Positions 21,459 through 28,001 of a stretch of 41,421 nucleotides of DNA are shown here, piece by piece. The notes under the pieces were generated by a model that worked only from the letters and a program-made list of their open reading frames with translations, was not told where the DNA came from and did not search any database. The translations under genes were made by a program, and so were the position numbers. This stretch comes from Patescibacteria group bacterium (GTDB lineage: Bacteria; Patescibacteriota; WWE3; 9FT-COMBO-53-11). Each line of letters starts with the position of its first letter. Within the stretch, counting starts at the first letter, position 1. Location: positions 1 through 41,421 of the forward strand of contig BTRF01000001.1 of the NCBI GenBank assembly GCA_036986255.1, given 5' to 3'.

Positions 21459-22385
21459 ATGACTACTTACCAAAAAGTCTTCCAACCGGTTTTTGATAAG
21501 TTGGGCCTGACGATTACTAGAGCCTTCCGCGAAGGTCCCCGCTTTTATGTGGCCGGGGGGGAGTATCAAGGGGAGAAGGTCGTTTTTAAGGCTGATTTGG
21601 AGTCGGAGAAGAAGCCCTTGACCAAGGCCTGGTTCAAGCTGCGCCGCGAAGCGGCCTTTCTGGAGTCGGGCGACCTGAAGCATATCCCCAATTTTTACGC
21701 CAAGGGGACTCACCGGGGGTTTTTCTGGCTTCTGCAGGAGCGGGTTCCGGGGGAGTCTCAAGAGCAGGGGGAGAGCACCTTCCTGATCAAAGACTCTTTC
21801 TTCACTCCCAAAAATCTCGAGTACTGTTTGGAGTTTTTAACTACCCTGCACAATCTTCCCCAGACCAACCAGAACCCCAAGTTCAAGGAATTTGAGGAAA
21901 AGTTTGCTAAGAAGTACACCTTGGCCGACTACGTTGCTCTTATTGTTTCTGACAGGGGGGAATTAGTTGGGAGGAAGTTGACGGGAAGAATTGATGAGCT
22001 GATTGGGCGGAGCCATAAGTTTTTTGACGCTCAGCAGACGGTAATTACCCACCACGAGTTCTTTGCTCCCCATATTTTTGTGAACGGGGGGAAGCTTAAT
22101 GTGATTGATTGGGAGAATGTGGGTTGGGGGAATCCGGCCTATGATTTTATGGAGCTTTGGATCAGGAGTTTTGCCCACCCTGAATTTCAGGCCGAGCTGC
22201 TTGAGCGCTTCCGGGCTGTTCATCAGGATAGAGAGGTTTTTGATCGGTTATTTGCGCTAGAGACAGTTTTTCAAGGCCTGGGAAATCTGAAGTACTTCAA
22301 GGCCCCTGAGGTGGCGGAAGAAAGAGCCGTCGCCGGCGAGGTTACGGCATTCTTGCTCAAGCGCATTGAGCAGGCAGTGAAATGA
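21459..22385 (+). CDS. APH/choline-kinase-fold phosphotransferase-like protein with a non-canonical catalytic loop
   Basis: 308-aa ORF. The segment VITHHEFFAPHIF...NVIDWENVGWGNPAYDF aligns with the HxDxxxxN ... IDWE ... YD pattern of aminoglycoside/sugar kinases, but it has Glu in place of the catalytic Asp and His in place of Asn. Confidence 0.6.
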   Translation: MTTYQKVFQPVFDKLGLTITRAFREGPRFYVAGGEYQGEKVVFKADLESEKKPLTKAWFKLRREAAFLESGDLKHIPNFYAKGTHRGFFWLLQERVPGESQEQGESTFLIKDSFFTPKNLEYCLEFLTTLHNLPQTNQNPKFKEFEEKFAKKYTLADYVALIVSDRGELVGRKLTGRIDELIGRSHKFFDAQQTVITHHEFFAPHIFVNGGKLNVIDWENVGWGNPAYDFMELWIRSFAHPEFQAELLERFRAVHQDREVFDRLFALETVFQGLGNLKYFKAPEVAEERAVAGEVTAFLLKRIEQAVK

Positions 22386-23554
22386 TTAACACTGATCTGC
22401 ACCCCTTTCACTTTCGTAGCTCCCCTCCCTTAGGAGGAGATTTGGATGCCGCCTTTAACCCCCGCGAGATTGTGGGTTGGGTTGATCGTTTTGGGATCTT
22501 TGACCGCTTTGTGCTGGGAACCCATCCCCCCGAGTTTTTCCGAATCAGCACCAAACTTCCTCCCGAAGAATATCTGGATGCGGTGGGGGCTGATATTGAC
22601 AGCGTCCGCAAATTTTTTAGGGGGAGGGTATTTAGAGGACTCGAGTGTGATCTTCTTATTCAGCCGGGAGGGAAGGTGGACTTCAGTCCCGGAGAAACGC
22701 TTTTGAAGTGCTTTGATCCTGAGATTGCTCTGATCTCTTTTCACTTCCACAGCTCCTTGACTTATGCAGGGAGGTTTGAGATGGAAGTCGCCGACCTTGT
22801 GACGGCTTTTAAGTGGGCGATTAACCACGGAAAATTTTCCGTCCTGGCCCATCCGTTTGATGCCCTGGAGAGGGTTTTGGAGGGAGATCCTTCCGGTTTT
22901 GAGGAGATTGCCAACTTAGCACGGGAGAAGCGGGTCGCTTTTGAGATCAACGCCGATAAGGGATTTTGGGAGAAGCCCTTGCTAAAGCTGATTGAAAATA
23001 GAAATATCTTCTCTTTTGGGGGAGATCTGCACGCCCTTTCCTACTGGCTTAAGCGGGATTGGGCAGGGTTAGAAGTTTCCGAAGAAGACCGCCCGCTGGT
23101 GGATAAAGTTTTGGGGCTGACTCGGGAGGCCGCCGACAAGGAGAAGGAGTACTGGAGGGTCCTTGACCCTATGTTTTGGCACCTCCCCCATTTAAGCCCC
23201 CGACTTTTGAGATTTAAGAGGCAAGCGGTTTGGCTGTACCGCCGCTGTATTAGCGATCGGGCTTGTTTTGAGCGGAATCTCTCGCGGCTAGTTGCTCGCT
23301 TTAGCCCGCAGGATGGAGAATTGGTGGAGCTTTACATAAGAGATCTTGGAGAGGTCTACCGCAAGTGGGGCGGAGGGCTAAAGAAGAGGGATCGGATGAG
23401 GGCCGAGAAGTATTTTTTAAAAGCTTCGCTGACGCCCTCCGAATTTGAGGTTTATGAGCGGTGGCTGGTTAGAGCGTTTGATTTTGGGCTTCAAAGCAAG
23501 CGGCTTATAAATGCTTGGGATACTCCCAAATTGGAAAAGTTCCTCCACCGCTGA
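22382..23554 (+). CDS. PHP-family (polymerase/histidinol-phosphatase-like) phosphoesterase
   Basis: 390-aa ORF with an ATGA overlap onto the upstream kinase-like gene. PHP-type His/Asp motifs are present: TDLHPFH, ISFHFH, VLAHP, FEINA and GGDLHA. Confidence 0.6.
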   Translation: MINTDLHPFHFRSSPPLGGDLDAAFNPREIVGWVDRFGIFDRFVLGTHPPEFFRISTKLPPEEYLDAVGADIDSVRKFFRGRVFRGLECDLLIQPGGKVDFSPGETLLKCFDPEIALISFHFHSSLTYAGRFEMEVADLVTAFKWAINHGKFSVLAHPFDALERVLEGDPSGFEEIANLAREKRVAFEINADKGFWEKPLLKLIENRNIFSFGGDLHALSYWLKRDWAGLEVSEEDRPLVDKVLGLTREAADKEKEYWRVLDPMFWHLPHLSPRLLRFKRQAVWLYRRCISDRACFERNLSRLVARFSPQDGELVELYIRDLGEVYRKWGGGLKKRDRMRAEKYFLKASLTPSEFEVYERWLVRAFDFGLQSKRLINAWDTPKLEKFLHR

Positions 23555-24072
23555 TTGCTCTAGCTTATAAGAAGTGGGTAGCACTTGTGACTTGCATAGC
23601 TCTTTTTGTCTTTGGTGGGAATTTAGCAGTTTTCCTCATCTTTCTCTTCTTAGTTTTGTCATGGGGATGGTTGGAAGAAAGTTTTGAGGTTTGGAAGTAG
23701 GAATTGGTGGGATACTGATGGTTTTTGCTAGGTTAAGTCCAGATTTTAAGGAGGGTATCTAGTTATACTCTTTTGAAATGGGTGATCTATTTCACAGGTT
23801 TAGACTTACGTAAGGAGTAAATATATTGTCCATATGTCGAGAGAGTCCCGAGCTCTCGTCCGCTGACGGTGGGAAAAGGTGTCTCCTTTTATCTTCGAAC
23901 TCGTGCTGGAGTGCTTTTTTGCTCCTAGCAGAGTTGAATTCAGCTTGGTTGGAACCTGCTTGCGGAGCACTGGAAATAGGATTAATTTGAGGGTGGGCGA
24001 ATCTCGGCCTTCACTATCGTCTATAGTAACAAGTGGTTGGCACGCAATCAAGCTTCGCACCTGTGTGTCTAG

Positions 24073-24205
24073 TCAGAGATCAGAGATTAGGGATCGGAGG
24101 TCAGAAGTTAGAAGTATGAAGTTAGAGGTATGAGGTTAGAGATCACTGGTTGCTGTCCACTACTCACTATCCCCTAATCCCTAATCCCTAGCACCTGAAA
24201 CCTAA
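24073..24205 (+). repeat. Longest heptamer-periodic tract (19 in-phase units, 133 nt)
   Basis: Units in order: tcagaga tcagaga ttaggga tcggagg tcagaag ttagaag tatgaag ttagagg tatgagg ttagaga tcactgg ttgctgt ccactac tcactat cccctaa tccctaa tccctag cacctga aacctaa. The first half is purine-rich and the second half pyrimidine-rich. Confidence 0.85.
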
Positions 24206-24335
24206 CCACGCGCCTTCGTGTCTACTATTGTTGCTCCTTCGCGTTGCACTCAGGAGCACAAGTAGCCTCCTCAGCTAGAGCTTGCGGGTGGCTACTTGAC
24301 ATCACTTGTGTTTCCCACTAGAATCTTAAGTGGTT

Positions 24336-24362
24336 GACTCTTTGCGGAAAGAGTCTTTTTTG
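24336..24362 (+). terminator. Rho-independent terminator upstream of secE
   Basis: Stem GACTCTTT (24336-24343), loop GCGG, stem AAAGAGTC (24348-24355), then a run of six T. It ends a plus-strand transcript coming from the ORF-poor gap. A second hairpin, GGGCTTA-ctct-TAAGCCC, lies at 24365-24382. Confidence 0.7.
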
Positions 24363-24396
24363 TTGGGCTTACTCTTAAGCCCTCGAATGCCTACTA

Positions 24397-24579
24397 ATGA
24401 AAATTATTTCATTCTTGCAAGAAGCTTGGGCAGAGCTCAAGAAGGTGGTTTGGCCCTCACGCCGGCAGACGGTTCGTTTAACCGCAGCCGTCTTGGCAAT
24501 TACTTTCGGAGTGGCGGGATTCCTTGCTGCTGTGGATTATCTGTTTAGTCAGATGTTGAGTCTGCTGGTCGAAAAGTAA
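24397..24579 (+). CDS. secE: Preprotein translocase subunit SecE
   Basis: 60 aa, with AWAELKKVVWPSRRQTVRLTAAVL followed by a single TM helix. The position upstream of nusG is canonical. Confidence 0.85.
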   Translation: MKIISFLQEAWAELKKVVWPSRRQTVRLTAAVLAITFGVAGFLAAVDYLFSQMLSLLVEK

Positions 24580-24595
24580 GGTTTTATGGCGAGCT

Positions 24596-25216
24596 ATGGC
24601 TGAAGAAAAGGAAACAACCGAGAAAAAATTGAACGAGGCAAAGTCTGCCAAGCTCCCGCGCGGCGGTGGAGGTTTATCCAGAGAGCAGTCGAGTGAGGCG
24701 CACTGGTTTGTGGTACATACCTACTCGGGGCACGAACGCAAGGTTATCGATGCGCTTAAGCAGCGCATTGAAGCGTTGGGTTTGAAGGATAAGATTCAGG
24801 AGGTTTTCATCCCCACGCAGGAAAAAATCATCATTGACGCCGGCAAGAAGAAGACCATCCGCGAGCGGCTTTTCCCCGGTTATGTGATGGTGAAGATGGT
24901 TCTCAGTGATGAAACCTGGGGAATAGTTCGCAACACTGCCGGCGTAACCGGGTTTGTGGGTACTGGATCACGGCCGACTCCTCTCCCTCCGCATGAGGTG
25001 GATGCAATTCTTAAATTCACCAAGATGGAGGCACCTAAATTTGAGCTGAAGTTCAAAGTGGGCGAGACAATTAAAGTTATTGACGGCCCCTTCAATGATT
25101 TTCTCGGCAAAGTGGATGAGATTGATGAGGAGAAGGGGAAGGTTAAGGTTTTGGTTTCCGTGTTTGGGCGTGAGACACCCGTAGAGCTTGACTTTTTGCA
25201 AGTTTCTCGGTTATAG
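24596..25216 (+). CDS. nusG: Transcription termination/antitermination factor NusG (with a ~35-aa N-terminal extension)
   Basis: WFVVHTYSGHERKV, the NGN domain and the KOW motif region (GETIKVIDGPFNDFLGKVDEID) are recognisable. Synteny is secE-nusG-rplK. Confidence 0.9.
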   Translation: MAEEKETTEKKLNEAKSAKLPRGGGGLSREQSSEAHWFVVHTYSGHERKVIDALKQRIEALGLKDKIQEVFIPTQEKIIIDAGKKKTIRERLFPGYVMVKMVLSDETWGIVRNTAGVTGFVGTGSRPTPLPPHEVDAILKFTKMEAPKFELKFKVGETIKVIDGPFNDFLGKVDEIDEEKGKVKVLVSVFGRETPVELDFLQVSRL

Positions 25217-25262
25217 AGAAATGCCGCAAAAAGCTAGCGGCCAACGGAGTGCCGCGTCCTTT

Positions 25263-25360
25263 TTACAGGTTTCAAGGCTCAAGTAGGCAGTGGACGGACC
25301 ACGGCTGACAGTTGAGGATGCTAAAATCTGTGAACTGCATACTGGGAACTGTTAACTACC
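25263..25360 (+). repeat. Heptamer-periodic tract forming the rplK leader (14 units)
   Basis: Units in order: ttacagg tttcaag gctcaag taggcag tggacgg accacgg ctgacag ttgagga tgctaaa atctgtg aactgca tactggg aactgtt aactacc. The ATG at 25361 follows directly. There is no Shine-Dalgarno-like purine run. Confidence 0.75.
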
Positions 25361-25786
25361 ATGGCTAAGAAGGTTAAGGCAACATTAAAACTTAATATTC
25401 CGGCCGGGGGGGCAACCCCGGCTCCGCCCATTGGACCTGCTTTGGGGCAGTACGGGGTGGCAATTATGGATTTTTGCAAGGCTTACAATGAGAAGACGGC
25501 TCAGATGAAGGGTCAGATCATTCCGGCGGTAGTTACGATTTATGAAAACCGTTCTTTTGATTTTGTGATAAAGAGTCCTCCTACGGCGGAGCTTCTCAAG
25601 AAGGCCGCTGGGATTGAAAAGGGTTCCGGAACGGTCCCTCGAGAGATGGCGGGAAAGGTAACGCGGGATCAGGTTCGCGAGATCGCCGAAAAGAAAATGG
25701 TCGATCTAAATGCAAAAAATATAGAAGCGGCGATGAAGATTGTGGAAGGACAGGCAAAGAGTATGGGGATTGAGGTCACGGAGTAA
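25361..25786 (+). CDS. rplK: 50S ribosomal protein L11
   Basis: 141 aa; [33 protein letters not shown] is the canonical L11 N-terminus. Confidence 0.95.
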   Translation: MAKKVKATLKLNIPAGGATPAPPIGPALGQYGVAIMDFCKAYNEKTAQMKGQIIPAVVTIYENRSFDFVIKSPPTAELLKKAAGIEKGSGTVPREMAGKVTRDQVREIAEKKMVDLNAKNIEAAMKIVEGQAKSMGIEVTE

Positions 25787-25793
25787 CTTAGCG

Positions 25794-25867
25794 TACGGCA
25801 AACGGCTAACCGCTAACGGCTTAAACTGTTAGCTGTATGCTGTAGGCTGTTAGCTAGCGAAGCTATG
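25794..25867 (+). repeat. Heptamer-periodic tract forming the rplA leader (about 11 units)
   Basis: Units in order: tacggca aacggct aaccgct aacggct taaactg ttagctg tatgctg taggctg ttagcta gcgaagc tATGggt. The tract runs into the start codon at 25865. Confidence 0.75.
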
Positions 25868-26692
25868 GGTGGAAGAAAAGCAAAAACAGTAGAAGGAGCG
25901 GAAGCTTCTTTGCCGGAAAAGAAAAAGCAGTCCCGTACCAGGGCTTCTGAGGAATCCTCAAAGGGGACTTCTAAGAAGAGGGTTTCCAAGGTCAAGAAGA
26001 CTGCCCGCGGAAAGCGGTATCTTCAGGCCAGGAAGGGTATCGAATCCCAGCCGTACCCCATTGGAGAAGCTGTTAAGAAAGTTAAAGAACTTTCCTACGC
26101 AAAATTTGACGCTTCGGTGGATGCCCACATTAACTTGGGACTGGATATGGGCAAAAAAGCCGATCAAAAGATAAGAACTTTAGTTGCGTTGCCTCACGGG
26201 ACGGGTAAGGCGGTCCGCGTTTTAGTTTTTGTCGATCCGTCCTTGGCTAAAAAGGTTAAAGATGCAGGGGCCGATGAGGTTGGGGATGAGGCTATGATTG
26301 AGAAGATTGCTCAGGATGGAAAAACTAAGTTTGATGTGATCGTGGCCACACCCTCCTTTATGCCCAAGATCGCCAAGGTTGCGCGGATTCTTGGTCCTAA
26401 AGGGTTGATGCCCACGCCTAAGACGGGGACGGTTTCCGATGATCCTGCCGAAGCAGTTAAGGAGATTAAGAGAGGCAAGTTGGAGATCAAGACCGAAGCC
26501 CGGCCGATTGTTCACGTTTCCATTGGGAGGGTTTCTTTCGAGGATAAAAAGCTGATTGAGAACCTTAAGGCGGTGATAGCCGAACTCCATCGCGTTAAGC
26601 CGCCTAAGGTTCAAGGTGAATTTATCCGGTCCGTTTCCCTTGCCCCGTCGATAGGACCATCGGTAAAGGTGGAGATAGGGAGCATAGGTTAA
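25865..26692 (+). CDS. rplA: 50S ribosomal protein L1 with a ~45-aa Lys/Ser/Glu-rich N-terminal extension
   Basis: The canonical L1 core begins at GKRYLQARKGIE...FDASVDAHINLG. There is no alternative in-frame start between the ATG at 25865 and that core. Confidence 0.9.
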   Translation: MGGRKAKTVEGAEASLPEKKKQSRTRASEESSKGTSKKRVSKVKKTARGKRYLQARKGIESQPYPIGEAVKKVKELSYAKFDASVDAHINLGLDMGKKADQKIRTLVALPHGTGKAVRVLVFVDPSLAKKVKDAGADEVGDEAMIEKIAQDGKTKFDVIVATPSFMPKIAKVARILGPKGLMPTPKTGTVSDDPAEAVKEIKRGKLEIKTEARPIVHVSIGRVSFEDKKLIENLKAVIAELHRVKPPKVQGEFIRSVSLAPSIGPSVKVEIGSIG

Positions 26693-26795
26693 AGGTCAGC
26701 TGATAGAACGGCTTCCGATGAATCGGAAGCCTAGCAATCATCCGATGGTTGATTGTTAATAGCTAATAGGCTATAGTTAACAGAAGATAGCTCTG

Positions 26796-26904
26796 TCCGA
26801 AGACAGTGAGGGTCCGTTGAGGACTTAATCAGACTCACCGAGGAGAAGTAACCTAAAGGGTTGGGAAATTTGATGAGACCTCGGTGAGCACCCGAGGTTT
26901 TTTT
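26796..26904 (+). promoter_or_regulatory. L10-leader-like attenuator upstream of rplJ
   Basis: CTCACCGAGG (26834-26843) pairs with CCTCGGTGAG (26879-26888). The latter segment overlaps an alternative hairpin, CCTCGG (26879-26884)/CCGAGG (26892-26897), which is followed by seven T (26898-26904) ending right at the rplJ ATG. This gives an antiterminator/terminator layout. Confidence 0.6.
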
Positions 26905-27432
26905 ATGGTTACGAAAGAAAAAGCTAAACAAGTTGAAAACTTGATTGATGAAATTGCCCGATCCGAGGCGGTTGTGTTCTCTGATTACGCCGGGTTTACG
27001 GTTACCGAAATGACGGAGCTCCGAAGAAAGCTCTCTGAGTTGGGAGCGGTCCTTCAGGTGACTAAAAATTCACTTCTTAAGCTTGCCCTGGAGAAGGGGG
27101 GGCTTCCTTTGCCCAGGGAGTTGACGGGTCCTACCGCGACTCTTTTTTCTGGAGAAGCGGATCCTATCGAGAGTATTAAGACTTTGGCTTCCTTTATCAA
27201 GGAGAAGGGAAAGGGGGAGGTCAAGTCCGGTTTCTTTGAGAAGGCTTTTGTAGCGGCGGAGGAAGTTGGGGCACTAGCGTCTCTACCTGGAAAAAAGGTT
27301 TTGCAGGCTCAACTGGTTAACCGGCTAGCGGCCCCCATATATAATCTAGCGTATGTTTTGGGTAACGGTCCTCAAAAGTTGGTATCTGTTTTAGATCAGA
27401 TTACAAAACAGAGGGGAGGTGGAACAGAGTAA
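26905..27432 (+). CDS. rplJ: 50S ribosomal protein L10
   Basis: The track ORF starts at a GTG at 26884, which lies inside the terminator hairpin. The ATG at 26905 ([17 protein letters not shown]) is the plausible start. Synteny is rplA-rplJ-rplL. Confidence 0.9.
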   Translation: MVTKEKAKQVENLIDEIARSEAVVFSDYAGFTVTEMTELRRKLSELGAVLQVTKNSLLKLALEKGGLPLPRELTGPTATLFSGEADPIESIKTLASFIKEKGKGEVKSGFFEKAFVAAEEVGALASLPGKKVLQAQLVNRLAAPIYNLAYVLGNGPQKLVSVLDQITKQRGGGTE

Positions 27433-27460
27433 CTCGCATTTTGTGAGTTTAAAGCTAATT

Positions 27461-27898
27461 ATGACGGAAGAAAAGAAAGATAAGAAGAAAGAGATAAAGC
27501 TCTCTAAGAAGGCCGAAGAGGTGATTAAAGCTGTAGAGGGAATGTCCGTTTTGGAGTTAAATGAGCTGGTTAAGGCGTTGGAAGATAAGTTTAACGTCTC
27601 GGCCGCTCCGGCCCCTACTGTCGTTGCCGCCGCACCCGCCGCTAATGGCGAGGGTGGTGCTGAGAGTGGTGGAGCCGAAGAGAAATCCAGCTACGATGTG
27701 ATCCTTTCCGGTTCCGGCGACAAGAAGATTGCGGTAATCAAAGCCGTGCGCGAGATCAATCAGAACCTTGGTCTCAAGGAGGCCAAAGACTTAGTGGAAT
27801 CTCCTCCCCAACCGATTCTTGAAGGAGCTAAGAAAGAGGATGCCGAGGAAGCTAAGAAGAAGCTTGAAGCAGCCGGAGCAACCGTGGAGATTAAATAG
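27461..27898 (+). CDS. rplL: 50S ribosomal protein L7/L12
   Basis: ATG at 27461. The protein has [28 protein letters not shown], an Ala-rich hinge, and [25 protein letters not shown]...[11 protein letters not shown]. Confidence 0.9.
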   Translation: MTEEKKDKKKEIKLSKKAEEVIKAVEGMSVLELNELVKALEDKFNVSAAPAPTVVAAAPAANGEGGAESGGAEEKSSYDVILSGSGDKKIAVIKAVREINQNLGLKEAKDLVESPPQPILEGAKKEDAEEAKKKLEAAGATVEIK

Positions 27899-27913
27899 AC
27901 GCAGGCTAGTCTT

Positions 27914-27938
27914 ATAGCAAATCAACCCTTAGGGTTGA
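27914..27938. repeat. REP-like element, copy 3 (exact 25-mer)
   Basis: atagcaaatcaacccttagggttga, 16 nt downstream of the rplL stop. It may double as a terminator hairpin. Confidence 0.85.
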
Positions 27939-28001
27939 GGTGCTTGTTTTGCTCCTCCTGTTCCCTGATCTCTGGTCTCTAACTAGCTACTGGCCTGCTA
28001 C
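27939..28001. repeat. Heptamer-periodic tract adjacent to REP copy 3 (9 units)
   Basis: Units in order: ggtgctt gttttgc tcctcct gttccct gatctct ggtctct aactagc tactggc ctgctac. The reverse complement of 27958-27974 is identical to 14234-14250. Confidence 0.75.

Noticed and set aside
23515-23700. A 61-aa ORF with two hydrophobic stretches, overlapping the end of the PHP gene (possible small membrane protein; internal GTG at 23587).
   Set aside because: It has a non-ATG start inside the preceding gene, no ribosome-binding site and no recognisable family. I cannot distinguish it from chance and leave it unannotated.
23838-24012. RNase P RNA-like strings on the plus strand: GAGAGTCCCGAGCTC (compare GAGGAAAGUCCGGGCUC) at 23841-23855, and GAATCTCGGCCTT (compare ACAGAACCCGGCUUA) at about 23999-24011.
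   Set aside because: The two P4-like strands are only about 155 nt apart, versus about 280 nt in bacterial RNase P RNA. Their pairing is poor. No P10-P12 or L15-like elements were found. I kept only the generic 'unassigned ncRNA region' finding; an Infernal scan is needed.
24171-24191. Telomere-like repeat cccctaa tccctaa tccctag (CCCTAAT units).
   Set aside because: It is simply three units of the 19-unit heptamer-periodic tract. It is internal to a bacterial contig and flanked by ordinary genes, so there is no evidence for a chromosome end.
24073-24205. Possible CRISPR array or other spacer-repeat structure in the repetitive tracts.
   Set aside because: The units are 7 nt, contiguous and degenerate. 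There are no 25-40-nt direct repeats separated by unique spacers anywhere in the window, and no cas genes.
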